Assembly: GCA_007693555.1 (NCBI GenBank)
Contig: REDJ01000137.1
Span: 85 to 64,084 of the forward strand
Length of the DNA: 64,000 nucleotides
DNA from: Bacteroidota bacterium
GTDB lineage: Bacteria; Bacteroidota; Bacteroidia; Bacteroidales; UBA7960
Reading direction: 5' to 3'
This document shows positions 28,683 to 38,535 of the stretch, piece by piece. Numbering within the stretch: position 1 is the first letter of the stretch; each line of letters opens with the position of its first letter. Position numbers and translations under genes: made by a program. Under the pieces are notes generated by a model. It ran no database searches, was not told where the DNA came from, and was given only the letters and a program-made list of their open reading frames with translations.

Positions 28683-30161
28683 ATGATACTGGTATTACCG
28701 ATAATATTGCCATTACTCTTTATGGTGGTGCTTATGTTCACCCGCCGCTGGCTGTTATTCCAGCAAACTTTCAGTTTACTGGGAAGCATTGTTTTGACGT
28801 TTACCAGCTTTCTCATCCTTCTGGATGTGTATCAGAATGGTATCATGTCCCTTCAGCCGGGCTCATGGGAAGCTCCTTTCGGAATAACTCTCGTAGCTGA
28901 TACTTTTTCGGCACTCATGATGGTTACTACTTCATTTGTTTCTATCGTAGTAATGATATTCTCACCCGGTTTTATTGATAAAGAAAGGCAAACTGCAGGT
29001 TATTATCCGCTTGTCTTCGGATTGCTCATGGGGGTTAACGGAGCATTTATCACCGGAGATATTTTTAACCTGTATGTCTGGTACGAGGTGATGCTTACTT
29101 CATCTTTTGTTCTGATTGCATTGGGTGGAAGTCCTGAACAATTGCGCGGTTCTATAAAATATGTCACCATTAATTTTGTTGCTTCCCTGTTTTTTGTGGG
29201 TGCAATAGGTATACTTTACGGGCAGGCCGGCACACTTAATATGGCCGATTTGGCTGCCAAGATGCGCATGTGGGAAGGAGGAAACTACATTAACGGAGCA
29301 CTCATGTTGTTCTTTATAGCCTTTAGCGTAAAATCAGCCCTGGTGCCTTTCTTCTTCTGGCTACCGGCTTCCTATCATACTCCGCCCATAGCCATAACAG
29401 CATTATTTGCGGGTACACTAACAAAGGTGGGTGTGTATACAATGTTCCGTTTTTACAGCCTGTTTATAGTGTTTGATCAGCAGTTCTGGCAAATGTTCAT
29501 CCTCATATTGGCCGGCCTCACAATGTTCATAGGTGTATTGATGGCTGCATCGCAGTTTGACATTCGAAAGATATTGTCTTTTCACATCATCAGCCAGGTG
29601 GGTTATATGATCATGGGTCTTGGAATTTTTACAGTTACAGGTATTGCAGGAGCGATTTATTTCACCATTCACAATATGCTTTCCAAAACCAATACCTTTC
29701 TGGCCGGGGGTTTGGTTTACCAAAGGTCGGGTAGTTATGACCTTAAATACCTGGGAGGATTGTATAAAGCCAGTCCGTTTCTGGCTTTGCTGTTTTTCAT
29801 TCCGGCTATGTCGCTGGCAGGAATTCCGCCTTTACCAGGCTTTTTCGGAAAGTTTTTCCTTATCAAGGGAGGCTTTGAAGCTCAGCAGTATTTTATTACA
29901 GCTGTTGCAATTCTCACCGGTCTCTTCACACTTTTCTCAATGGTAAAAATCTGGAATGAAGCCTATTGGAAAAAAGAACCTGAGGAAGTGAAGCAAAGAG
30001 ACGGAAAAGTGCATCCTTCCACATTTTTTGCTACAGCCCTGTTGGCTGTTGCGGTTATTTTGCTGGGAGTTTTTGCCGGACCGGTCATAGAGGTTTGTCT
30101 TGATGCAGGTCAGCAGATCGTAAATCCTGAAATGTATATCAATGCCGTTTTAGGCAGATAG
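28683..30161 (+). CDS. mrpD: Na+/H+ antiporter Mrp subunit D (NuoM/N-like)
   Basis: 492 aa, polytopic, proton-pumping NDH-1 chain M/N-like (WYEVMLTSSF, FFFWLPASYHTPP). Confidence 0.9.
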   Translation: MILVLPIILPLLFMVVLMFTRRWLLFQQTFSLLGSIVLTFTSFLILLDVYQNGIMSLQPGSWEAPFGITLVADTFSALMMVTTSFVSIVVMIFSPGFIDKERQTAGYYPLVFGLLMGVNGAFITGDIFNLYVWYEVMLTSSFVLIALGGSPEQLRGSIKYVTINFVASLFFVGAIGILYGQAGTLNMADLAAKMRMWEGGNYINGALMLFFIAFSVKSALVPFFFWLPASYHTPPIAITALFAGTLTKVGVYTMFRFYSLFIVFDQQFWQMFILILAGLTMFIGVLMAASQFDIRKILSFHIISQVGYMIMGLGIFTVTGIAGAIYFTIHNMLSKTNTFLAGGLVYQRSGSYDLKYLGGLYKASPFLALLFFIPAMSLAGIPPLPGFFGKFFLIKGGFEAQQYFITAVAILTGLFTLFSMVKIWNEAYWKKEPEEVKQRDGKVHPSTFFATALLAVAVILLGVFAGPVIEVCLDAGQQIVNPEMYINAVLGR

Positions 30162-30178
30162 GTTTATCAAATTCAAAA

Positions 30179-30535
30179 TTGCAAAACATGCGTAAAATAT
30201 TCAGTTTTATAGTCAGGATCATAAGGGCAGTGCTTTTTATCTTTTACTATCTCAAAGAATTGGTACTGTCAAGCTTGTATGTTGCTTATGATATTATAAC
30301 ACCCAAAGACCTTATGAAACCCGGTATAGTTGAGGTACCGGTAGACCTGAAGACTGATACAGCTATTATTGCTTTTGCCAATCTGATTTCTATGACACCA
30401 GGCAGCCTTACAATGGACATGAGCCCCGATAAAAAGAAAATTTATGTCCACGCCATGTATCTTCATGATAAGGAGGAGTTCATCCGTAAAATGAAGGGAG
30501 AACTTGAAAGGAAGATTGCAGAAATATTTGAATAG
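30179..30535 (+). CDS. mrpE: Na+/H+ antiporter Mrp subunit E
   Basis: 118 aa in the operon position after mrpD. The track start is TTG; the ATG at 30188 (MRKIFSF) is likelier. Shorter than the roughly 150-160-aa MrpE proteins I remember. Confidence 0.7.
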   Translation: MQNMRKIFSFIVRIIRAVLFIFYYLKELVLSSLYVAYDIITPKDLMKPGIVEVPVDLKTDTAIIAFANLISMTPGSLTMDMSPDKKKIYVHAMYLHDKEEFIRKMKGELERKIAEIFE

Positions 30536-30712
30536 GGATTGAGAGGCTGAGCGATAGCAAAGTCCCGAGAGCGACGAGCGATTCGGGATTGAAAGGTTTA
30601 TATGGTTAGAGGTTAATAAAAAATGAACATGAAACTACAAAGAGCCAAACGGAATTGATGAAAAAATTTACTTCGGTCTTCCGTCTTTGGTCTTCTGACA
30701 AAAAATAAATAT

Positions 30713-31000
30713 ATGGAATTACAAACATCACCGGTACTGACATTTGCGATTTACTTCAGCTTTTTCAGTCTGACAATCAGTCTGTTTATGGGGCTGTACA
30801 GATTGCTGACAGGACCTACCCTGCCCGACAGGATTGTAGTTATGGACCTTGTGGCATCATTGTCAATCGGGTTGATTATCACCTACATTATGGCCACCGG
30901 GCAGACGGTATTTCTCAATGTAGCTGTAGCCATAGCACTGCTGGTGTTTATGGGCAATATCGCTTTTGCAAAATATTTAATCAGGAGGATCAGAAAATGA
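30713..31000 (+). CDS. mrpF: Na+/H+ antiporter Mrp subunit F
   Basis: 95 aa, 3 TM, GPTLPDRIVVMD motif typical of MrpF/PhaF. Confidence 0.85.
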   Translation: MELQTSPVLTFAIYFSFFSLTISLFMGLYRLLTGPTLPDRIVVMDLVASLSIGLIITYIMATGQTVFLNVAVAIALLVFMGNIAFAKYLIRRIRK

Positions 31001-31338
31001 TAGAATGGATTGCTGCTTTTTTACTTATTTCAGGTTCGCTGTTTATGCTGGTAGCGGCCATTGGTACGGTAAAGCTATCAGATGTTTATATGCGAATGCA
31101 CGCTATTACCAAGGCTGCCTCACTGGGCGCCATATTGATGCTTGCCTCTGTATCATTGATATACATGCAGTGGATAGTATGGATTGAAGCCCTGATGGTA
31201 GTAGTTTTTGTAATTTTCACAGCACCTATTGCCTCGCATATGATTGCCAAGGCAGCGCATAAAACAGGTATGCCCAAAGGGCCGGGATATATTATGGATG
31301 AAATGGAAGGAAAAGATACATATCTCCCTGAAGAGTAG
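30997..31338 (+). CDS. mrpG: Na+/H+ antiporter Mrp subunit G
   Basis: 113 aa, 3 TM. Motifs RMHAITKAASLG and TAPIASHMIAKAA. ATGA overlap with mrpF. Confidence 0.85.
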   Translation: MIEWIAAFLLISGSLFMLVAAIGTVKLSDVYMRMHAITKAASLGAILMLASVSLIYMQWIVWIEALMVVVFVIFTAPIASHMIAKAAHKTGMPKGPGYIMDEMEGKDTYLPEE

Positions 31339-31353
31339 TAAAATCAAATTTCT

Positions 31354-32070
31354 CTAAACCAGCTTGAGCCAGCTGACCTGGCGGTCAAATTTTAACCCCA
31401 GCTTGTTAAGCAGATTGATGGATTGCTTGTTGTGAGGCTCCACATTCACAAAAACCGACTTTTGCTTTTCTCTTTTACCCTGAATAAGCGACCTGAAAAT
31501 ATTTTCACCCAAACCCTGTCCCCTGTATTGAGATAAAACATTAAGAAAACCCAGTGAACTGTCGTCATGTGTAAGCCCCCATCCGGCCAGTTCATAATCA
31601 ATCCACACTCCTGCCGAAATATCCTTCTTTATTCTTTCCCTTATATAAGCCTCAGAAGTGTAATCCTTGTATGGAGAATTCAAATAAATATAGTTGACAA
31701 GGTCCTTATTCAGGGCTCTGCAATCCAGTTCCGGTGCACCTGGCTCCACATTATCCGGAAGGTAATACCGATGTGTATTTAATCTCCATTCAATTCGATG
31801 GTTTCGGGTGAGATGGGGCAGCATCCATTCCTCAACATTGGCAAAGTAAAGAGATTTGAATTCGAACTTATCCAATAACGTACTCATCTCATTTTCGTCA
31901 GGAACAGCAAGATAGGCCCAGGTATAATCGCTTGTACCGGTCAGAATCATCGATTTGCCGTGAACTAATGTTTCTTCCAGAGGATAGTTTTCAAAAAAAC
32001 CTATCACCGGCAAGTTTTGCAAAAGATTTTTACTGAGTTGCTCCCTTATTTCGTCTTGCATGCTTTGCAC
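31354..32070 (-). CDS. GNAT family N-acetyltransferase
   Basis: 238 aa. The C-terminal acetyltransferase core is VLSQYRGQGLGENIFRSLI. Confidence 0.65.
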   Translation of the reverse strand: MQSMQDEIREQLSKNLLQNLPVIGFFENYPLEETLVHGKSMILTGTSDYTWAYLAVPDENEMSTLLDKFEFKSLYFANVEEWMLPHLTRNHRIEWRLNTHRYYLPDNVEPGAPELDCRALNKDLVNYIYLNSPYKDYTSEAYIRERIKKDISAGVWIDYELAGWGLTHDDSSLGFLNVLSQYRGQGLGENIFRSLIQGKREKQKSVFVNVEPHNKQSINLLNKLGLKFDRQVSWLKLV

Positions 32071-32129
32071 TTTTCAGGTATTAAAAATAAGCACATTAAG
32101 ATTGAAAATCAACTATTTCAATTATAATA

Positions 32130-33314
32130 CTATTCTATCTCATCCAGTGTTTCCAAAAGGATATTACAGGCTGTTTTCACCTCTTCTTCCTTTATTATAA
32201 GTGGAGGAGCGATACGCAGGCAATGGGGTGCAAACAGAAACCAGTCGGTAACAATACCCTTTTCAATGAGTCTATCAATTATACGCTTATTAACTTCGAA
32301 GGTTTCAAACTCCAGGGCCAGCATCAACCCTTTACCGTGTATGGATTTGATTTTGGGATGTGTCAGCAATTCTCTGAAAAGCATTTCCTGCCTTGCCGCA
32401 TTTTCCCATAATTTTTCTCTTACGATTATATTGAGATTTGCCAAAGCAGCAGAAGCACAAATTGCGTTACCTCCGAAAGTGGTAATATGCCCCAGTATTG
32501 GTTCATGAGTAAGAGAATGCATTATCTGCCTCGAAGAAATAAAAGCTCCGATGGGTAAGCCTCCGCCCATTCCTTTGGCAAGGGTGAGAATATCGGGCAC
32601 AATTCCAAATTGCTGAAATGCCCACATACTACCGCTCCTGCCACAGCCCGCCTGTATTTCATCCAATACAAGCAAAGACCCATTACGGTTACATGCCTCA
32701 CGAACTTCTTTCAAGAAATCGGCTTCAGGCACCAGGGCTCCGGCTTCTCCCTGAATGGTTTCGGCCATGACGCAGGCTGTTGAAGAATTTATCTGATTCA
32801 AACCTTCCCTGTCATTGAAATCGAGAAAACGGATACCCGGTAACAATGGACGAAATGCATTCTTCATATTTTCATCACCCATAACACTCAGCGAACCTTG
32901 TGTGCTGCCATGGTAAGCATTTCTGAAAGCAATAATTTCACTGCGCCCTGTATAACGTTTTGCCAGTTTCATTGCTCCTTCAATTGCTTCAGAGCCTGAA
33001 TTTACCAGGTAAACATTATTAAGAGTATCCGGTAATTGTGAAACAAGAAACTCTGCCAGCTTTACCTGCGGACTTTGCACAAACTCTCCATAAACCATCA
33101 GATGCATATAACGCTCTGCCTGCTGCTGAACAGCCTCAACAATTTCCGGATGGCAGTGTCCCACATTGCTGACACTTATACCGGATATCAAATCCATGTA
33201 TTTTTTCCCATCTGGTCCATACATAAATATGCCTTCAGCCCGCTCAATCTCTATGGCAAGAGGAGTTTGTGATGTCTGACCCAGAAAATTATAGAAAAGC
33301 TGACGATTGTTCAT
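32130..33314 (-). CDS. Class-III (aspartate aminotransferase fold) PLP-dependent aminotransferase, ArgD/GabT-like
   Basis: 394 aa. Motifs VNSGSEAIEGAMKLA, LVLDEIQAGCGRSG, and TLAKGMGGG with the PLP lysine. Confidence 0.85.
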   Translation of the reverse strand: MNNRQLFYNFLGQTSQTPLAIEIERAEGIFMYGPDGKKYMDLISGISVSNVGHCHPEIVEAVQQQAERYMHLMVYGEFVQSPQVKLAEFLVSQLPDTLNNVYLVNSGSEAIEGAMKLAKRYTGRSEIIAFRNAYHGSTQGSLSVMGDENMKNAFRPLLPGIRFLDFNDREGLNQINSSTACVMAETIQGEAGALVPEADFLKEVREACNRNGSLLVLDEIQAGCGRSGSMWAFQQFGIVPDILTLAKGMGGGLPIGAFISSRQIMHSLTHEPILGHITTFGGNAICASAALANLNIIVREKLWENAARQEMLFRELLTHPKIKSIHGKGLMLALEFETFEVNKRIIDRLIEKGIVTDWFLFAPHCLRIAPPLIIKEEEVKTACNILLETLDEIE

Positions 33315-33599
33315 TTATATCAGGTTAATCATGCAAAATTAGAGAAATTATCCGGTTTACATCTTTGGAATTTTTGAAATACCCGAGCATGGAAAAATCT
33401 AATAATATAATCAAAAAACATAGTTATATGTCATATTGGCATTACGAACGATAAATCATGTCACGATGACACCTTGCAGCTGTCTTTTTGTAAGAATTTT
33501 GTAATGGCATTTCATTTGATTCAGGTAGAGTTGAAAAGAATTTAAAGAAATAATATACAAACAAGATTGTTTAACCAAAAAATAAAGGAGGATCGAGTT

Positions 33600-34034
33600 A
33601 TGCTACCAACACTGAGAAGCCGCTTTAACATGCCGAGCATTTTTGATGAATTTTTCGGCAGAGATTTCAACACAGGATTGTCAGAAGACCGTGCAAATAT
33701 GACTATTCCGGCAGTAAATGTGCTGGAGGATCATGATAACTTCAAAATTGAAGTTGCAGCACCGGGTCTTGAAAAAAGGGATTTCAAGATTGACCTTGAC
33801 AACAACATGCTAAGCATCTCTTCTGAGAAAGAGTTCAAGCATGAAGAAGAAAAAGACGGAAAATTTATGCGCAGGGAGTTTGCTTATGCAAGTTTCAAAC
33901 GCTCCTTCACACTTCCTGAAAGTGTTGATGCCGACAAAATCAAGGCAAACTACAAGGAAGGTGTATTGCACATCACAATTCCCAAGCGCGAAGAAGCTAA
34001 GCAAAAACCCCCGAGACAAATAAGCATTTCATAA
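33600..34034 (+). CDS. Hsp20/alpha-crystallin family small heat-shock protein
   Basis: Alpha-crystallin domain (FKIEVAAPGLEKRDFKIDLDNNMLSIS ... GVLHITIPK). I place the start at the ATG at 33600 because AAGGAGG lies 8 nt upstream; the track's TTG at 33567 is less likely. Confidence 0.85.
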   Translation: MLPTLRSRFNMPSIFDEFFGRDFNTGLSEDRANMTIPAVNVLEDHDNFKIEVAAPGLEKRDFKIDLDNNMLSISSEKEFKHEEEKDGKFMRREFAYASFKRSFTLPESVDADKIKANYKEGVLHITIPKREEAKQKPPRQISIS

Positions 34035-34061
34035 GCTTGATTGGGGCGAAATTTAAAGTAG

Positions 34062-34100
34062 AAAAGGCTGTACTGAGAAATTCAATACAGCCTTTTTTTA
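34062..34100. terminator. Bidirectional intrinsic terminator between convergent hsp20 and the OmpA-family gene
   Basis: 8-bp stem AGGCTGTA / TACAGCCT (34065-34072 / 34086-34093), flanked by an A-run upstream and the T-run TTTTTTTATTTTT downstream. Confidence 0.65.
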
Positions 34101-36218
34101 TTTTTCAAGGATTTCAAACTCCGTTCTCCGGTTTTTCTGCCGACCTTCAGCAGTTTCATTGGAGGCAATGGGCCTTTCAAAACCGTAACCTTTATAGGTA
34201 AGACGTTCTCTGTCAATTCCACGTCCAATGAGAAAGTCCACAACTGACTGTGCCCGTCTTTCTGAAAGACGCTGATTGAGTGATGCAGAACCCACATTGT
34301 CGGTATGGCCTGAAATTTCTATTTTCAAAGAGGGATTATCCACCATCATCTTATACAGCACTCCCAGTTCCACATAGGATTCAGGTCTGAGGTCAGCTGA
34401 CCCGGTATCAAAGAAGATATTATTGAGTACGATGGTTTGACCCACTTCCACCTTTTTCAACCGGATATCATTGATGATTTCACGTGCCACATCTGCATGC
34501 CTGATATTAATATTTTCCGAGTGGAAAAGATAATCTTCCACCTTAACGGCAATACCATAATTTTTTCCTCCGGGCAGTGATATGAGATATTCACCGGTTT
34601 CAGAATGAGAGTTGAATTCTGCCAACAGAGCCTCAGTTTCATTGTCATACAATTCTATTACTGCCAGCAGGGGTTCATCTGTTTCAGAATCCATAATCCT
34701 GCCGCGCAAAATTGTCATGGGCACCACAGCTACTTCCACCTCTCCTTCCATCAGAATATTTCTGAGGGGTCGGGCACGTGTTGCGATAAGATCTTCCATA
34801 ATGGGTAAAACCAGGGGTTTCTCGGGTCCAAGGAAGGTTACCATATAAATGTCGCTTCCACCGTATCCTCCGGGCTTCACAGCAGAATAAAACCCTGTTT
34901 CACCATCGGGTGACATTACAAAGAAGAGATCATCACCGGGTGTATTAACGGGATAGCCAAGGTTTTCGGGACGAGTCCACCGGCCGTTACGAAATTCGGT
35001 TCGGAAAATATCAAATCCTCCCATGGTATTATGCCCCTGTGAGCTGAAATAAAGTGTAATATCATCAGGTGCCAGATATAATCCTTCTTCATCATATTCA
35101 GTATTGACGGTAGCACCAAGATTTGTTGGTTCACTCCATCGCCCTCTTTCATTTTTAACAGAAGTCCATATATCTTTTCCACCAAATCCTCCTTCCCTGT
35201 CACTTACAAAGAACACCTGTCTTCCATCGGAAGTATAGACAATACTGGTTTCTCTGCTGCCTCTGGTGCGCAAGCTGCGCGGCAGTTTGCCGGGTTTTGA
35301 CCAGCGTTGTCGACTGCTGTTGAATTCGCTTTCCAGAATATCGCCCCCTTTATCTCCCCTATATATGTATAACGTTTGACCGTCAGCAGAAATACCTGCC
35401 GTGGCCTCATGGGTTTTAGTGTTTACACGTCCCTCCACAGGTTCAGCCGGTAGCCAGCGATCACCTGCCCATCGCGTTACAAAAACGTTCTCAAAATATT
35501 TATGATCCACCCTGTCCTGTCTTGGGTTTCTGCCCACCGGCCGTCGACTTGTGAAAAACAATCTGGTTCCGTCGGGAGATACAACCGGGCTGTAATCATC
35601 ATATTCTGAGTTTACATGACTGCCGGGATTGTCAATGAATACCCGAATTGGATTTTTCACCAGTTGCAGGGCATTATTACATTCAAAAATCCTTCTGTCA
35701 ATATCTGCACGCCGTTGAATGGCTTCCTGAGGTGTAAGCGACTGCCGGAAAAAGGTAAACTGGTCAATGGCCTCTTCAAAACGGTAATTCTGCTGATAAG
35801 CTACTCCCAGCAAGTAATAAACCTCAAGGGTATTCACATTGAGTTCAACTGCTCTTTCCAGGAATTCCGGTGCTTTGTCCTTACCTGTGGTATACAGATA
35901 AGATTCGCCGATACGCAAATTCAGGCGAGCATTGTCGGGATTAAAAGCATGGGCTTTCAAATAATATTCCAGCGCTTTTTCAATATTTCCCCAGCCATCG
36001 GTAAAATAGCGGTCTCCTTCTCTGATGTTTCTACGTGCTTCTCGCAGTCCTTTGCGATCATCAGGGAAAAAGGAACGGGTAAATTCTTTGTTTTGTGCAA
36101 GGGATATTTGTGGTGCAGCAAGCATGCCTGCCAATATTACCAGGCAAAGCATTGAAGCACGTAATACTGATTTTCTGAAATTCAAAGCCGGATATATATG
36201 GGATTTCTTGGGTATCAT
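34098..36218 (-). CDS. OmpA family protein with N-terminal TPR and TolB-like (PD40 beta-propeller) repeats
   Basis: 706 aa. TPR-like N-terminus, repeated xSPDGxxLYF/FxSxR motifs, and a C-terminal OmpA peptidoglycan-binding domain (ISGHTDNVGSASLNQRLSERRAQSV). Confidence 0.85.
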   Translation of the reverse strand: MIPKKSHIYPALNFRKSVLRASMLCLVILAGMLAAPQISLAQNKEFTRSFFPDDRKGLREARRNIREGDRYFTDGWGNIEKALEYYLKAHAFNPDNARLNLRIGESYLYTTGKDKAPEFLERAVELNVNTLEVYYLLGVAYQQNYRFEEAIDQFTFFRQSLTPQEAIQRRADIDRRIFECNNALQLVKNPIRVFIDNPGSHVNSEYDDYSPVVSPDGTRLFFTSRRPVGRNPRQDRVDHKYFENVFVTRWAGDRWLPAEPVEGRVNTKTHEATAGISADGQTLYIYRGDKGGDILESEFNSSRQRWSKPGKLPRSLRTRGSRETSIVYTSDGRQVFFVSDREGGFGGKDIWTSVKNERGRWSEPTNLGATVNTEYDEEGLYLAPDDITLYFSSQGHNTMGGFDIFRTEFRNGRWTRPENLGYPVNTPGDDLFFVMSPDGETGFYSAVKPGGYGGSDIYMVTFLGPEKPLVLPIMEDLIATRARPLRNILMEGEVEVAVVPMTILRGRIMDSETDEPLLAVIELYDNETEALLAEFNSHSETGEYLISLPGGKNYGIAVKVEDYLFHSENINIRHADVAREIINDIRLKKVEVGQTIVLNNIFFDTGSADLRPESYVELGVLYKMMVDNPSLKIEISGHTDNVGSASLNQRLSERRAQSVVDFLIGRGIDRERLTYKGYGFERPIASNETAEGRQKNRRTEFEILEK

Positions 36219-36272
36219 AGCTTATGGTTTTTTATACTTTTTAATTCGTTTTTACATCAGAAAGGACTCTTA

Positions 36273-37310
36273 TTAAGGCAGATACTCACTCGCTTCTTCC
36301 AGTCCCAGTTTCAGTGCTTTTTGCCAATCGAGAATTGCACCGTCCCTGTCCCTGAGCATTTCACGGGCAATTCCCCTGTTTAAATAAGCCGGGCCATAAT
36401 CCGGGTTAAGATGAATTGCAAGGGTATGGTATTCATTGGCAGCTTCATATTTTTCCTTTTTGTAATAAATATTGCCACGGTTGGTAAGGGCAATATAATT
36501 ATCGGGACTGATCTCCAGGACTCTAATAATATCCTGCATTGCAGCATCAAAACGACCCAGTTCAATATTGGCCACAGAACGGTTGTTCAAGGCTTTCGGA
36601 TATTCGGGCGAAAGGTTTATAGCTGTTGTAAATGACTCCAGTGCTTCCTGCAACTGTCCCATTTCCATTCTTAGGCTTCCCAGGTTGTTAAAAGCAAAGG
36701 CCATAGTAGGATCAAGAAAAACGGCCTGCTGATAATCGGCCATGGCGGCCTGCAGGTTGCCGTTTTTCCGGTGGGCGCTGCCCCGGTCGTTATAAGCGTA
36801 AGCAAAGTCGGCCCGGATGTTTATTGCTGAGGTAAAATCGTTTATTGCCTGCTCATACAATCCCTGGTCCAGGTGAACAACTCCCCGGTAATACCATGCA
36901 TAATACAGGTTGCCACTGCGACTGACTGCGGCAGTAAAATCATTGATAGCCTCATGATCATTTCCGGCCAGAATACGCACTTTACCACGTGCAAAATAAG
37001 CCATGGCATAGTCGGGTGTTTTTTCTATGACCAGATTATAATCTGCCAGCGCACCATCAATATCATTCATTTCAGCCTTTACAACTCCACGGTTATAAAA
37101 GGCACGGTAAAAATCGGGTCGTCTTGCAATGGCATCATTGAATTTCTGGAGGCTTTCGGTCAACTTTCCCTCATTAAAAAGCGATATACCCTCATTGTAA
37201 GCTCTCTCGGCCAGCATGCGGTCGCGCGGACCAATCTGAATGGTATCCTGGGCAATCATTGCGCCAGGCAAAAGCCAGAATAAAAACAGGATAAGAATAG
37301 TCTTCTTCAT
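36273..37310 (-). CDS. Tetratricopeptide repeat (TPR) protein, secreted
   Basis: 345 aa with a signal peptide. About nine tandem 34-aa TPR units (AxxxYxxAIxxxPDxAxAYxNRG). Confidence 0.85.
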   Translation of the reverse strand: MKKTILILFLFWLLPGAMIAQDTIQIGPRDRMLAERAYNEGISLFNEGKLTESLQKFNDAIARRPDFYRAFYNRGVVKAEMNDIDGALADYNLVIEKTPDYAMAYFARGKVRILAGNDHEAINDFTAAVSRSGNLYYAWYYRGVVHLDQGLYEQAINDFTSAINIRADFAYAYNDRGSAHRKNGNLQAAMADYQQAVFLDPTMAFAFNNLGSLRMEMGQLQEALESFTTAINLSPEYPKALNNRSVANIELGRFDAAMQDIIRVLEISPDNYIALTNRGNIYYKKEKYEAANEYHTLAIHLNPDYGPAYLNRGIAREMLRDRDGAILDWQKALKLGLEEASEYLP

Positions 37311-37523
37311 TGCTTTGTGTATTTGTTTTTTAAAATAGACCGGAAAAGCTTTCCGGATGGCATTCTGAATAGCTCAGGGCTAAGATTTATATAAAAAAAT
37401 GAACCGGAATTAGTGTCTTTTTAAGAGCATGCAATTTAGTAAAAATTAAAGTACGCAATCTCGTCATTTCCCTGAATATTCATATTTTTTTTTGAAGTCT
37501 TACATTTAATTCCGTCAAAGCTA

Positions 37524-37531
37524 TATATTTG
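37524..37531 (+). promoter_or_regulatory. Bacteroidota -7 promoter box TATATTTG
   Basis: TAnnTTTG match 32 nt upstream of the ATG at 37563. Confidence 0.4.
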
Positions 37532-37562
37532 CTTCATACAAAAACTCAAAGCTTTACTGAAT

Positions 37563-38366
37563 ATGTGGAAGCTTCAAATTTTAGGTCATTATGTCAAATG
37601 GCTTGTAACGGCTAAAACCCGGCAGGGCATACACAGCCCCTTTGTTTATAGCTTTCTCGATAATTGCCTGTATAAAAAAAGCGACCGGGAACTATTCATG
37701 ACCCCTGAAAATCAGAGGAGTTTATTGAAAAAAAATACCGATCTTCTCCAATACATTGACCCTGGAGCGGGCAGCCGGATTTTGAAAACTCCTTCTGCAG
37801 AAGATTCCATAAGAACTGTAAAGGTGAACCAGATTGCCCGCACATCCTTGCAAAAGACCGGATTCTGCGCTTTATTTTTTCGCATGATAAAATATTTTAA
37901 TTATAAAAACATACTGGAGTTGGGTACCAGCCTGGGAGTTACAACCTCATACCTGAGCCTGGCAAATCCGGATTCAAGGATTGACACCATTGAAGGTGCC
38001 GCCCCGGTGGCACAAATGGCAGAGAATTATTTTAAAAATGAAAATTTTTCCAACATACATGTGCATGTGGGAAATTTTGATGATATCCTGCAGAAGGTTA
38101 TTGATGATAAAACCTATGATATGGTTATCATAGATGGCAATCACAAAGGGGAAAAAGTCCTCAGGTATTTTCAAAAACTTGTAAAACATACAAAAAAGGA
38201 TGGTGTTATTATAATTGACGATATTCGCTGGTCTGCCTCAATGTATAATTGCTGGAAGCAGGTAATGAAGCACCCTCAGGTCAACTGTACGCTTGATCTT
38301 TTTCAATTGGGGCTGGTATTTTTCAAGCCGGGAATGGTCAGACAAAATTTTACGATAAGGTTTTAA
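37563..38366 (+). CDS. Class I SAM-dependent methyltransferase (O-methyltransferase-like)
   Basis: 267 aa. Rossmann motif I ILELGTSLGVTTSYL. The later IIDGNHKGE and VIIIDDI motifs are typical of the Methyltransf_24-type family. Confidence 0.7.
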   Translation: MWKLQILGHYVKWLVTAKTRQGIHSPFVYSFLDNCLYKKSDRELFMTPENQRSLLKKNTDLLQYIDPGAGSRILKTPSAEDSIRTVKVNQIARTSLQKTGFCALFFRMIKYFNYKNILELGTSLGVTTSYLSLANPDSRIDTIEGAAPVAQMAENYFKNENFSNIHVHVGNFDDILQKVIDDKTYDMVIIDGNHKGEKVLRYFQKLVKHTKKDGVIIIDDIRWSASMYNCWKQVMKHPQVNCTLDLFQLGLVFFKPGMVRQNFTIRF

Positions 38367-38535
38367 CTGTTTTACCTGTGTTTTTGATATCTTTGCCGGG
38401 TGAAGCACACCCGCTGTATCAACGGAAGAATCTCTGTGAACAGATAAGCAAGTTATGAGATGTAGGTTTTTAATTTTCAATTCAAAATGAAAGTTAATCT
38501 ACTTAAAAGTATTTAAAAATAAATTTAATAAATCC

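Noticed and set aside
33567-33599. The TTG start at 33567 for hsp20 (155-aa form).
   Set aside because: The ATG at 33600 is preceded by a perfect AAGGAGG at ideal spacing that would lie inside the longer ORF. The extra 11 residues (MFNQKIKEDRV) add nothing conserved.
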